Below are positions 11,797 to 25,726 of a stretch of 64,000 nt of DNA, piece after piece. Made by a program: the position numbers and the translations under genes. The number at the start of each line of letters is the position of its first letter. Within the stretch, counting starts at the first letter, position 1. Source of the stretch: Patellaria atrata CBS 101060 (Eukaryota); assembly GCA_010093705.1 (NCBI GenBank), contig MU006096.1, forward strand, positions 766,004 through 830,003, read 5' to 3'. The notes below the pieces were generated by a model that saw only the letters and a program-made list of their open reading frames with translations, ran no database searches and had not been told where the DNA came from.

Positions 11797-12642
11797 AGTC
11801 TCAGAGTTGACATAGTTTGCTTCCGGCCATTTAGGGTTTCTTCTAGCTCCCGCAAATGTCGCCATGTTGTTTAATTGACCGGTGACTGCATTTTGCAGCA
11901 AGGTCGAGATATATAACCGCTATGTCTTAGTATAGTGGACTTCCGAAGAAAGATTTCTGGTCTCAGACGCAGCCGGAGCCGGACAACTAGCCTTCCCTTT
12001 AAAATCTTTAAGGACAACACCTGGTGAGTCTAGAATCATTATTCCTCGACATCTGAAAGAAACTCGAGGCCAACTATCTAGGATAACGGGTTGGCAAATG
12101 GACCACTAATAGAAATAATCGAAAGAGAGAGTGTGGGTAATAGGTAGTGGTACAAAGCATTCCACTGCGTCGTCGGGAATAAATAACCGAATATCTTGAG
12201 AAGGTCTTAGGCATTCCGCACGTTGGTTCGGCACCTTCAGCTCTTCCACTCAGTTTCACTATGTACACCGCAGTAAAACAAAGCGCTAAGACTTGCTCCC
12301 CTTTCTCATCATCTCAACATCATCTCCCCTCAGGAAGATTCAAGAAACCGACACAGAGAAAAACAGTTATATACTTTTGTACTTGTTTCAGTCCTAGAGC
12401 TAGCAGAAAATTGAAGTAAGGTGAGACTCGGATACTGCGCCCAGTAATGGGTTTTTGGAAGCGCAAAGAGAAAGATGTCGTGTTCAGATGAGATTACCAA
12501 ACAGATATCAACGAGAGCTCAGCGTAAGGACTTGGATCTAGTTACCATATTCCTAGTTTGTATCATGCAGGTATGCTTATTCATCTAGAAAAGTGTCGAA
12601 ACGTATCATCCACATCACCTTCGCCCTTGTTCTCTTTTATAC

Positions 12643-13724
12643 TCACCCCTCGACCCCCTGTTGCCCCTTTATCTCCCCAATAGTCCCCCTAATCCCCTCC
12701 CTCTCCTTCTCTGTCAGCGTAATCCCAAACCACCTCTCCAGCGCCTCAACTCTCTCCCCCTCCGTCTTACAAGCCATGACCACCTCCGTCCTCCCCCCCA
12801 GATTCCTTTTCACCTCCGGTCCCACAAGCATAACCTTCCCCTTGACCTCGCTCCCCTCTCTCAAAAACCTCACCACCAGCGCCGTCGTGACCTGGATATG
12901 CGCAGTCGTCTTGCTCGTATAAAAATTCATAACCTCGTAGTCGGCGGGCAGGAACTCCAGCTCCGAGAAAGCGTAGAACGAATTCCAAGGCCGCGACTCC
13001 TCGTTGCGGTACTGGTAGATCCAGAGCTTGGTCGCCTCGGTGCGATCTGTCTGCATGGGAATATGGTCGCGAATCAGGCGTACTTGCTGCGGGCCGAGGT
13101 TTTGGGTCACAACGTCCGGGATGAGGGGGAGCGGGTGCGTGGGGCCGTCGCCGCCGAAGGCCACGTCGAGCATCCAGCGTGTGCCGTCGGGGAGGGTGAC
13201 GAGGTTGACGATGTGGACCCTGGTGTTTGTTCAGCGGTTGAGAGTCTCTGATAAAGTTTTATTTGTATTTGGATTTGATGGAGGGTCCCGATTCAGGGGT
13301 TAGGGGGCTGAGACGGCGAGAAAATATAGACGCACCACCCGATGTACTCGCCCGCGGGCACACCTTCAACTCTCGACCTGATCCGTACCCCAACGTGCTT
13401 GACCGCGAATCCCAGCCCCTTTAATACGTGGTAGAAGAGGATCCCGCTCTCCATGCAATAGCCTCCACGTCCCCTTTTCGCCTCCACGATTTTCTTGAAC
13501 AGGTGCTGCGGATCGATGTCCACGGCATGAGATCCAGAATAATGGATCGAGAGGTTTTCGTACGGGATAGTGCCGATGTGGTGGACATGTAATGCCTTGA
13601 GCAGAGCAAGGTTGAGATGGGATGTCGACTCAGGGGTAGGGGTGAGAGTCGGATGCAGGGATTCGGGTAGAGAGATGTAGGAGAGGTATTCGGAAAGCTG
13701 GGCGGCGTTGTAAGCGGATGCCAT
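12643..13724 (-). CDS. Arylamine N-acetyltransferase (2 exons; intron 13220-13335)
   Basis: IPYENL, RGRGGYCME (catalytic Cys), WVHIVNLV (His) and LDVAFGG (Asp). The spliced frame is open. Confidence 0.93.
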
Positions 13725-14748
13725 CGTGAGGAATGGGGGGATCAACACTAGGTTTCCAATCTATGGTTTTTGTGTACTTTTATATACATTCATTGTTTGC
13801 CGTTATGAGTCAATGATTGGTCGGCGTCATCGGTGACCATGAAGGAGTAGTGCGGGTGTTCCTTGCGAGATCGCGTTATGAAGAGCGCCCGGTCCGGTCC
13901 GATGTGGGCCTTCGGGGCCCCCGTAGTGTGGGGTTATTTTAGGCTCACTCCCTAGATCGTGGCTCTAAATGAACATCTTTTCTCTTGGGTCAGGCAATTC
14001 CATACCCTCAAGTCATTATCTTTCAAGAGGACTAACAAATACTGATAACAAAGCGAGAACGGACAATCTTCGATATTCAACCCGACAATAACCGTATCGA
14101 ACTCCTTATCCCGCTGCCTAGTCCCAAGAGCGTGCATTTGGAGGAACGAGCTTTGCAGGAAGTGGTAGTCCAAGGACCGAGACATTTCCGTGAACACGGT
14201 ACTATGAAGCTAATAGTTATCGAAAGCATTGCATTGAATATGAGAGGCGATGATAAGTTGGTGAGACCCTTTGAATTTACTATATACCCCTCCTAGCAGG
14301 CTGTTGAGACTTTGACTTATCTTTAAGCTTGAATATCACGTCTAGGGAATAGTTCAACTATACAATGATCCCTCTGGTATTTTGACAAATATATCTTTAG
14401 AACTATATTGCCAAGTGATTTACCACTGGAGTATAGTAATGAAGGTCAGTCCTGACAAAGGAGATCCGCATACTCTATTCCTTCAACAAGAAGACAGAAA
14501 AGAAATCGGAAAAGTATCAACGAGATGACTGTATTCTATTTTCATTGCGCGAATCATATATACATTACACAAATCTCTGGCGAAACGAATTACCAAACTC
14601 CGTTCACTATGCATGATGAGAAGAAAGTGAGAACTTTTAAGGTTTTATATGCATCGCTCAACGCAAGAGAATTTCCTCCTTCCACTTTTCATTACGTTCA
14701 TATTTCATTCCCCAGCCCCCGTTATTGATGATCTCCAGCACTGAAATC

Positions 14749-17700
14749 TCAAGGCGCCATAACCAAGGCCAAGAGTGCCATACGACAATACAGTCCATAT
14801 TGCATCTACAACAATTAGTCTATTAGGCCCAATTAAAGCTCTCGGCTAAGATGTTAGAACTTACTTGTCTGAAATACGTCGCCCTGGGATCGAAATCCAC
14901 CTCCTCGGCAATCTCCCTATTTCTCGGCAGCGGGTGCATAACAATACAATTCCTCTTCGCCTCCCTCATGACCCTATTGTCCACCACAAAAGCATCCTTT
15001 ACTTCATCCCACAGCTTTGGATCCTCAAACCGCTCCTTCTGCATACGGGTAACGTATAGGACGTCGCTCTTGCTGACGATCTCCGAGGTCAGGGATGTGG
15101 ATTCGGATACAAGTTGGTTGCGGGATATGAGCGCGTCGCGGACGTGTGAGGGAAGGGAGAGGGATTCGGGGGACACGAGGTTGATGGAAACGTCGTAGTG
15201 TTTGAGCAGTTCACAGAGGGAGTGAACAGTCCTTCCATACCGAAGATCTCCAATGAATGTAATAGTAAGGCCCTTAACGGTTCCTAATTCCTCTCGGATG
15301 GTAAAGAGATCCAAGAACGCTTGAGTAGGATGCTCTCTACTTCCATTTCCAGCGTTAATAATAGGGACGTTAGAGAAGCGGGCTGCGATGTCTGCAGAGT
15401 CGTTGGATGGATGGCGGAGCACAATGGCATCACTGTAGCACCCAAGTGTGCGAACGGTATCGGCGAGACTTTCACCTTTGACAGTTGAGGAGTGCTGCTC
15501 GTTGACAACTACGACCTGGCCGCCGAGGCGCTTCATGGCCGCGTCGAAGGAGGCGGATGTGCGGGTGGAAGGTTCGAAGAAGAGTGTACAGAGAACGCGG
15601 CCTTTCAGAATGTCGAGGCAGCCTTCACGCTGAGCGCCAATACGCATCTCTTGGGCAACCGTGAAGAGGATATGCAGCTCGGTACGCGTAAACTGGGAGA
15701 CAGAGACAATGTGCTTTCGTTTAAAAGGTGAGTTTGCGAGAAGAGAAGAGAGGGAAGGGTCGGTATTCAGAGTCGGCAGTATTCGAGGTTCGAACTGGTC
15801 TAATTGGCCAGCTGGTGCTGGAACAAACGTCTGGTAATCGACCTTGCCAATCTCGAGGTCGTAGTGTCCGGTCATAGCCTCAATGAGCATCTTCGCGTTC
15901 TTGACATTCGTGACAAGCGGGATCTGGTAGTCTACAGCCATACGCCTAGTTTTATACCCTCTGCTGATATAATTAGCGGGTCTTCTGTAACGGTTGCTCG
16001 ACGGAAGGTTAATATATAGGTCGATAAGGTTGGTGGATAAGTGAGTGGTAAGGGAGTATTCCGGCTTCTGGTCACCATCGTCACCACCTAAGGTTTCGAG
16101 AAATTTGACTGGGATTCCGTGCTCTTGGATATAATCTGCAGTACCCGCAGTGGCAAACAGGCAGTAGCCTGCTTTGTGAAGGCGCTCTATTGGACCTAAC
16201 ATCTCTAATTTGTCCTTGAAAGATCCAATAGAGAGTAGAATATTCTTCTTGGGCATCTTAAATCCGGTAGAGAGTAAGGCTTTAAGGTATGCTTCGTACT
16301 TCGTCCTTCCGAAAGATGCGACCTCGCCAGTTGAAGCCATTTCTACACCAAGCACAGGGTCCGCTCCTGATAGTCTAGAGAAAGAGAATTGGGGAACTTT
16401 TACTGCAACATAGTCTTTCGGGATGTTAGTCGCCGGGTATTCGGATACTGGAAGACCAGCCATAGCTCTAGTGGCCATCTCGATAAGATCGACACCCATT
16501 ACCTTCGAGACGAATGGGAACGATCGCGATGCGCGGACGTTACACTCAATCACTTTGATATCATTATCCTTCGCAATGAACTGAATGTTGAAGGGGCCTG
16601 TTACGTTTAGTGCATTTCCGATCTTCCGTGTGGCATCCTCTATCCGGCGTACGGTTTCTGGATCTAGATCTTGAGGGGGAAGAACCAAAGTAGCATCTCC
16701 CGAATGCACACCAGCATTTTCGACATGTTCAGAGACGAAATGGCCAACCATTGTCCCGGATTTAGCTACGGCATCCATCTCAATCTCTTTGGCGTTCTCA
16801 ATGTACTTCGTGATAACCACGGGATGGTCTTTAGAAACATCTACGGCCTGTTTTAAGTAACTCGCTAGGTCATCCTTGGAATAAACAGTGTTCATGGCTG
16901 CGCCTGAAAGGACGTACGATGGTCGAACAAGAACCGGATAAGAGACCTTCTCGCAAAATTCGGTTGCTTCCTCGAAACTAGTAAGCTCCTTCCATGCAGG
17001 CTGGTCGACTCCAATTCTATCAAGCATACGGGAAAACTTATAACGATTTTCTGCCGTGTCGATCATTTCTGGTGACGTTCCCAGAATCTTAACATTGAGC
17101 CGGTGCAAAGGTAAAGCGATATTGTTAGGCGTCTGGCCTCCCATCGACAGTACAACACCACTTGAGTTTTCAAGTTGATATATGTCCAGTACTGTTTCGA
17201 GAGTGATATTCTCAAAGTAAAGACGGTCTGCCTCATCGTAGTCAGTACTTACAGTCTCGGGGTTATAATTCACCATCACCGTTTTGTAGCCGGCTTCTCG
17301 CAGGGTACGGATCGCCCGCACAGAGCACCAGTCGAATTCTACAGACGAGCCGATGCGGTACACTCCTGAACCTAGCACCATTACACCTCTGTCTTTGAAA
17401 TCGATATCTTGTTCAGAGCCATTATATGTTAGATAAAGGTAATTCGTGAAGGCAGGGAATTCAGCCGCGACGGTATCAATCTGTTTGACAACTGGATGGA
17501 CGCCTGCATCAACCCGCAAACGACGAACTGCGAGTTCATTGGAACTCAAAAACTTGGCTAACTGACGATCAGAGAATCCAAACTCCTTCGCTTGTCGGAT
17601 AAGCTCCTTAGAAACAGTGTGTGTATTGAACTTTGTCATGAGTTTTCCGAAATCAGACAAACCCTTCAATTTGCTGAGGAACCATTTGTCTATCTTGGTC

Positions 17701-20390
17701 ATTTCCCAGATCTTGTCAACACTGTATCCGGAATGCATTGCGTTAGCCAGAGCGAATAGTCGTTGATCTGACGGAGTTTGCAGTTCTTGATCTATAGATA
17801 TAAGAGCGTTGGTCTCGTTGAACCCAAGATTATTGCTGTCCACGGCACGAATTGCCTTTTGGATAGCTTCCTCGAAAGTCCTACCGATACTCATAACTTC
17901 ACCCACACTCTTCATTGAGGACCCGAGTAGGGTAGAAACGCGGGTAAATTTCTTGAGATCCCAACGAGGAATCTTAACGACAACATAGTCTAGCGATGGC
18001 TCGAAGCATGCACTTGTCACCTTCGTAACCGAGTTCTTGATCTCGTTCAAGGGGATGCCCAAACCTAATTTGGCTGCAATGAAAGCTAGAGGGTATCCAG
18101 TCGCTTTGGACGCAAGAGCCGACGAGCGTGAGAGCCGGGCATTGACTTCGATGATGCAATATTCCTTCGAAAAGGGGTTGAGTGCATATTGAATGTTACA
18201 CTCCCCTACTACGCCGAGATGCCGGATGACATTTACAGCTGTAGTCCGAAGCATATTATAATCCTCATCCGATAGTGTCTGCGATGGAGCAACAACAATG
18301 GAATCTCCTGTATGAATACCCAGAGGGTCAAAGTTCTCCATATTGCAAACGGTGATACAATTATCGCGCGCATCACGGACAACCTCGTACTCGATCTCTT
18401 TCCAACCCTTCATACTTCGCTCGATAAGCACTTGGGGACTAGCTGCGAATGCTTTGTTACAGAGGTCAAGTAACTGTGCTTCATTTTCAGCGAATCCAGA
18501 TCCAAGTCCTCCTAAAGCATATGCGGCCCGAACGATAACAGGGAAGCCAATATCTTTTACAACATGCATGGCTTCATCCACTGAATTTGCCGACGCAGAT
18601 TTCGCACATTTCTCACCGATGGACTCCATGCTCCTAGCAAATTTCTCACGATCTTCCGTCGTAATGATAGTTTCAATCGGTGTACCCAAAACCTTGACAC
18701 CCAATTCGTCAAATTCGTCTTTGAGCTCGATACCTACTTGTAAAGCAGTTTGACCTCCAAAGGTCACATAGATTGCGTCGGGCCTCTCATTCTTAATCAC
18801 TTTACGTACAAACTCAGCGGTAACTGGCAGGAAGTAGACCTTGTCTGCCAGACCTTTGGAGGTCTGGATAGTGGCAATGTTCGGATTTATAAGGATGGTG
18901 TATATTCCTTCTTCTTTGAGAGCTTTGATAGCCTGGCTTCCTGAATAGTCAAATTCTCCAGCCTGCCCGATACTAAGGCCACCACTACCTAGAATAAGTG
19001 CTTTGGAGACCTTGACGTGAGGATGCAGACGGTCATTCTCTGCAGCATCTCCGCCTGGAAATAATACTGGTTTAGAAAGATAATCATTGGACTCTATACA
19101 TTTCTTTATAGAGTCAATGAAAACATCGAAAAGAAACTCTGTGTCTTGAGGTCCAGGAGCATGTTCTGGGTGGAACTGTACGCTGAAGTAAGGCCGGCTG
19201 ATATGTCTAATGCCTTCATTGCTTCCGTCATTTGCATTCACGAAGAGCTCATCCCATCCCGACGGCAGCGTTGTAGCATCAACCGCATATCCATGATTCT
19301 GGGAAGTGATGTAACATCTACCTGACAATAGATTTGTGCAGGGGATATTGTGTCCACGATTACCAAACTTCATTTTGATGGTATTCGCACCGGCTGCACG
19401 AGCCAGCAACTGGTGTCCTAAGCATATACCAAATATGGGCGTGCGAGCTTCTTCCATCGCAGCCGCAATATGTTTGACAGTTGCATCCATCATGGCGGGG
19501 TCACCTGGCCCGTTCGAAATGAATAAGCCGTCATTCTCTTTGCCAGCCAGAGACGCAAAGTCATAGTCCCAAGGCACAACTTCGACTTCTAAACCTCGCC
19601 TAACTAGACATCGTAACTGGTTGTATTTTAGGCCAACATCAACGCATACTACACGCACAGGGCGACCAGATGGATGTTTGAGGGCATTGGAAGGGTCAGG
19701 AGAGTATATCTTGGGTGACGACGTCGAGACTGGTCAGACAGTCAGAAACTTCATTTTGTATTACAAGAAGACTTCTAAATTACCTTCTGCCACTAGATTG
19801 TTTACATTGGGGTTGACCCATGGTATTTCCTCAAAATCGTGCTTCCACCGGAAAGTATCCCTATCATGTACGACACCATTGGTGTATGAAATGCCATTTG
19901 AGAGGTGATCGTTCTGTTGGGCATTAAACTTGTGCATCAATAGTCGTCCCAGCATACTGCCCTCCTCCCGTATCCTCTTTGTCAGCGCTCGCGTGTCCAC
20001 ACCGTACATAGCGGGAATTCCTTGCTCTTTCAGCCATGATCCTAGTGAGGACGCTGCGAGGTAGTGCGAGTACTGTTCCCCAGAGTATGATGCCACGACG
20101 AGTCCCGCAATGTGGATTTGTGCGGATTCGAAGTGGGCAGGTAGGTCTCCTAAAAGAGCATCTCTATCTTCTCGGGAGGGTACACCGTAGTTGCCGACTA
20201 GAGGGAAGGTTACGACTAAAATTTGGCCTCGATAGGAAGGGTCGGTAATTGATTCAGGGTATCCTACCATACCCGTTTGGAAGACGAGTTCGCCGGCAAT
20301 ACTCTTCTTCGCTCCGAAGCTGTGTCCCCGACAGATGTAACCATCTTCGAGTTCAAGAGCGATGAGACCCTCGTCCTTGTGATCTTCCAT
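14749..20390 (-). CDS. URA2: Multifunctional pyrimidine biosynthesis protein (GATase-CPSase-ATCase), ~1842 aa; introns 19730-19783 and 14806-14864
   Basis: Motifs [20 protein letters not shown] (GATase), [11 protein letters not shown] and two ATP-grasp halves (CPSase), [22 protein letters not shown] (ATCase). Terminal exon [18 protein letters not shown]. Confidence 0.97.
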
Positions 20391-21009
20391 GATTGCTGAG
20401 AAGGATTTGTATCGTATCGAGTGCAATTGCTTGCCAAACGAGTGTACAAAAACTTCTTCAGCTCAATGAGTGAGATGCAGAGAAATTTTTGGTGCTGAAA
20501 AATTGTCGAGTCCCAAGTATAGATACCTTACGTTATTGCGGATGTTAGCGAGGGGAAAACTTGGCGAAAAGATCTTAGCGCAGTATCCCTGGAGGGATGC
20601 GGGACACTGGTAAGCTAGAGCTGAAGTGGTAAGGTAGGGTAGAGTTCGAGGCGCTGTCACATGTTTAAACGTCTTAGGCTTAGCGGGATACCAGAGTCCT
20701 CCGCGAACTTCCCCTCCTTCCTTCCGCCACAACTGACCTGCACCTGCCACACCTCCACTTTGATTTCACCCAAAGAGGTAGGTAAGGTACGGTATGTCCA
20801 TAAGTTACAAGCATTTTTGGATAGTAATATAAATACTGTATTGTACAATATAGATACACATTCATATCCATAGAGATATAGATATATATACACATATTCC
20901 ACAGCGACGAAGAAGCAACTGAAAGGTTGTCCCTTGTGACCAATGATGAGACATAGGCTTTCGCCCCAAGCTCCCACTTCAGACCGCCTTATGCAAGCAT
21001 CGAGATCTG

Positions 21010-21042
21010 CTGCATCCTGACTGCATCCTGACTGCATCCTGA
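21010..21042. repeat. Tandem repeat, 3 x 11 bp (CTGCATCCTGA), in the divergent URA2 / channel intergenic region
   Basis: Read directly from the sequence. Confidence 0.9.
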
Positions 21043-21567
21043 CTGAATCTCTTGTATATACTGCATAAGCGGTCAAACGTTCTGGATTGTATCAGTTCGT
21101 AGTGCTCTCCTTCTAAGAGATGATTGGTAACTGGATGCGACACTCCTCTAGCATTCACCATATCGTGGGGTAGAACTAATAAATCCCGTTACCTTAACTC
21201 TTTTCTCACCTGTTCTACACCATGATAAGGGCAACATCATTATTACAGTAGCCACCCTTTTTGTGAATGTTTCCATCACGGTGTGCATCATGTGCATCAA
21301 TCCTCCGTACAACCCTCCAAGTCCCGCTCCCGTTCTCACACGGGCCAAGCAAGCGGGAGCAGTCCTTATCACGAAATTGCTTGCTACATACATATCTTTC
21401 GCCTTTCCGTAATACCAGCACCGAAACCTTCTTCCCTAAATCTATATCCACTCCCCAGAATGCTCCTTAGCGACATCGTTGTCTAACCTGTTGACAGGAT
21501 GGAGTTGTTGTAAGAAGCTGCATCAACCTTTACTTTCCAGACGCGTCGTTATTCTACCAGCTTTCCT

Positions 21568-24500
21568 ATGTTTGAATCTTTCGCATGGCCAAATGGAGGC
21601 CGCAAAATCTCTAATCGCTCACCATTTCCATCCAAAGATTCAGTATGGAATCCTGCAAATGGCGATGACACGGAAGAGTATGATGGCGAGAATGACCAAC
21701 GTGAAGAAGATGGTGATGTGATCCGAGATGAGGATGGTGAAGATGTCGAGGATGCTAATGAGGATGAGAATGGGGAAGATGTTCCTTTACTTCCTATCTT
21801 CTCTTCTGAAGTACTAGGTCTATACTACCTCACATAACTTCCAAAGAAAAAAAAACATAAACTAACACATTCGCCCACATAGATCGATTACCGGTTTACA
21901 ATATCACACATATTATTCGCCTCATAGTGTTGACACGATGCGAAACTACGCTCTCGTGGGATCAACTCAGGTCTCCCCAAGTGTCCCAATTCCTTGTTAA
22001 ACCTATCCAGCAGCAGATCCGTTCTTCGCATTTCTCTCGAGCCACCTTGTATGCGCTATTAGCCAATTGCCTACAGTTCCAGAAGGAGGGCCAAATGAAT
22101 TCCGGAATAACAGGTATTAGTCGGACAAGAGCCTTGATCTGTGAGCTACTAGCTATGAGACTGCTAAGGGAATTTGATACCAGAGAGTTAATCGATGCTC
22201 TATCATACGACTTCGATCCTTTCCAGGGCATAAACCCCGGTGGAGTGACAAACAGTACTGCGAAGTATAGAGCATATCTTAGAGGAGCACGTATTTCAAC
22301 TATCGAAGTTGCTATACGAGCTCAATCAAAGAGATTTCTTGCGCATCCACTTGTGGTCCAGCATCTGGAAGCGATCTGGGCTGGAAATATCGTCTTTCAC
22401 TCCGCGGCGGACAATCTCCACCGGAAGTCTGCTAGGCAGGGATCTTCTCAGTCTACATCATACGGGACAATTCAGCCTTCGCAACAGAATAAGTCAAATG
22501 TTGGACAACGTAATGCTGATGATATGGTCCGCCGTACGGCCACACTCTACGATCCTCATGAGGCGTCTCCGTTCAAGTTGTCCCGACTCCGTGTTCCCCG
22601 TTACCGGCAACTCTTCTCTACCTGCTCTCTGGCTATCATGCTTGGCCTATTTGTTACAGTGCTGAAAACACATTCAGTAGACATAACCTTCACAGAACTC
22701 TTCTTCTGGTTCTGGAGCGCCGGTTTCATGCTTGATGAGATTATTAGCTTCACCGAGCAAGGCTTCGGGCTCTATATCGTCAGTGTTTGGAATGCTTTCG
22801 ACCTAGGAATAGTGCTCATGTTGCTCTGCTATTATATCCTTCGCCTGTATGGCATACTGCTTGGCGTTGGGAGAAGGCACTATATCGCTAATATGGCATA
22901 CGATGTCCTTGCATCAACTGCTGTTCTCCTGTTTCCCCGGCTTTTCTCGGTCCTGGATCACTACCGCTACTTCTCTCAGCTTCTTATTGCATTTCGAATG
23001 ATGGCAATGGATCTCTTCGCAATCCTCCTTCTGATAGTGATATCGTGCAGCGGGTTCTTGGTTGCGTTTACCCTTTCGTTTCCAGTCGATCTCGATGCAC
23101 CTAGCGCTGCGTATACATTATTTCAGATAGTGATGGGGTTTACTCCTGCTGCATGGGACATCTGGAACGGATACAACCCATTGGGAAAGGCTTTACTAAC
23201 CCTGTTCCTGTTTATTTGTCATTTTCTCATTGTGACAATCCTTATCACTGTCTTGACAAATTCATTCATGGCAGTTGTGCAGAATGCTAACGAGGAGCAT
23301 CAATATCTTTTTGCTGTTAACACAATCTCCATGGTCAAATCGGATGCTTTGTTCTCTTACGTTGCGCCCTCAAATATCTTTGGATGGTTTCTATCTCCAC
23401 TACGCTGGGTCATGTCATTTCGACGCTATGTTAAGCTCAACCGAATGCTTATCAAGATCACCCACAGTCCATTACTGATAGGTATCTTCTTGTACGAACG
23501 TATCATTCTATCCCGCCGAGCATACGACCCTACGGATCTCATTGAACAGCGAGGAAGACTTTCGACACGAGTACCAGCTTTCAGCATCCGTGGCCAAGCA
23601 GATCTCTTCAGTCCGCAAATCCGGCTCCGTGAACCATCGATCACAACTTTTAAGAAAGATCGTGCGTTAGATGAGGTGTTCAGAAGACCTTTCAACGATA
23701 CTACACCTAACGCACGTGTGAGCAAGTCAGCACAAAGAAAAGAATCAGCTGCGGTTCATGACTGGATGCAACGAGTAGGACAAGATGGAGGTGCTTCACC
23801 CCCGTTAGAGCAACCACAATCTGTACTCGATCGTCTAGAGTCACGTCGACCCAAACTACGTAAATACCGGACATCCCATGGTATACTTCCTACGAGGCGC
23901 GACCTCTCAGGTACCTCACGTTCTGCGACCTCTGATCCAGAAGAACTATCAATTCGCAAACACAATAGACCAGAGGCAATAGTTGAAGAGGATGATGAGC
24001 CTGACATGAGCATTGACGATGTTCCTCACCAAACCGATGCCGACGGGGACGACGAGCTCAACACTACCGACGACCACACTAACGACGAAACCGATACTCT
24101 AATCTTCAAGCATGGATTCAAGCTTCGAGATTCCCCTCACCAAAGGACACGCAGTACGAGCTTTGCCCAGCAAAACACGATAAGTGAATCTGAGGAGGAG
24201 GATGAAGGTTATTTCCGAACTCCCATGACTGCTATGAGGAGCAGTCCTCCTGTCTTTCCAAGTTCTTACTCTTCAGCTAAACGGCCTCGGACCATGAATG
24301 TTTCTCCAAAGTCCGCTTCTCCGAGTAACAGGCTTGATAGAGTCACGTCGAATATTTCGGAGCGACCGACGCACATACGTAACGCCTCAACCAACACTAT
24401 TGTCTACAGTCCAATCTTACCAACCCAACCTCTCACCACAATCCCTCTAAACATCCCTCCACCGAAGACACCTAAAGCTTCCCGCCCTGTCTCACCGGCA

Positions 24501-25208
24501 CGTCCTAAAGCATCTCGGCCCGCCTCACCTGCCAGACGTCCTGCACCTGACGGCGATCCTGGCGCTGTGAACAGCACTAATAGCGGATTTAGAAGTGCTG
24601 GTCGACGATCTCCTAAGCGTTCAGGCGCTACTACCCCTGCCGTCCGAGCCCGTCCCATCATGCCCCCGCATGGCCTCTTCATCTCAGGCTCCGGCACAAA
24701 CCTACGCAACATCTCTAGCATCCCTGGCTTTCTGGGTTTAGACATGTTAAGCCGTTCCCATGATCATAGGCCGTCTTTTAGCGCACAAGCTCTGGATCTA
24801 GCCTCCGACATTGGTGACAACCGCCATGGGCCCGATTCCGCATTCGTCGGTGCGATGCCAGCAAGTTTCTCAACGCAGATGGAGATGGCGGCCCGACGCC
24901 AACAGTTTGGCCGAGGAAGTGGGAATCGTAGCCCGGATGAGGATATGGTTAGTAGAATTGTTATGGCTAGGATGAATAGTCTTGAAGAGGGGTTCAGGGA
25001 GGTATTGCAGGAGGTTAAAGAGTGGAGGAAGGAGGAGAGATCGAAGACTGCCAGTGTTGGGAGTAGTGTAATCGACGAGGAGGCTGAGGAGAGGAGGATT
25101 AGGAGACGCAAGACGAAGGGTGAGAGAAAGAGAGCACAGAGGAGTGTACCGTTAAGTGATGCGGATGAAGATATCGTGACAGAAGGCGTCAAGAGGTCGT
25201 CTGTCTAG
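21568..25208 (+). CDS. YVC1-like TRP-family non-selective cation channel (intron 21818-21882)
   Basis: LSWDQLRSPQVSQFLVKPI, LEAIWAG, RLRVPRYRQ, six TM segments, ILITVLTNSF and a long S/P-rich C-terminal tail. Confidence 0.85.
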
Positions 25209-25726
25209 TAATTGTGAGAGGTGCGGATAGTGACTTGCATTTGTGGCGTTGGAGGACTTATTTGGCTATCGGTGTCATCAAGCCGGGTTAATTCTGGGTG
25301 GCTTCGTGGCTGTATGTTTAAGCGTCATGAGTGGAATTTTGCTCCTTGATATGGGTTTGTTACAGCGATTGTATACCCCCTTCATGGCGGTTTTTTCCTC
25401 TCCCTTACAGGGTGGATCTATCAGCACCTCCTTAATACCTTAAATCACAAATACAATCAAAGACTTTTTCCTCGCAGGTAGGTGAGAGAAATGTGTAAAT
25501 GATGAATGAATAGACGCTACAATAAGCCTACGCTTATACATGAATGAAAGAAAAAGAGAAAAAAGATTAGCTTAACGCTAGTTTGTACTACAGCGAACAC
25601 CCCTAATCCACCCCGGAACTCAACTCCTCACCCACGCCATCTGCCTCCACCTCATTTTCACCCTCATCCTCCCTACCCATGCCCACACCCCGCAGTAACC
25701 CCCTCACCCTCACCAATATCTCATCA

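Larger units (their letters stand above)
9290..11865 (-). pseudogene. PTH11-like (rhodopsin-domain) integral membrane protein, disrupted
   Basis: Reconstructed sequence MATFAGARRNPKWPEANYVNSETR | ...VRFYSR...LGWDDLFI...LTKISLCIGYLRLF...TDFLIFLWP..LWKVQL...EVITGIICANLP. Transposon in exon 1, in-frame TGA at ~10095-10097, probable late frameshift. Confidence 0.85.

Noticed and set aside
12593..13303. Long antisense ORFs over NAT (also over the SDR at 43163-44081 and at 59327-59803)
   Set aside because: Shadow ORFs expected from GC-rich codon usage on the opposite strand.
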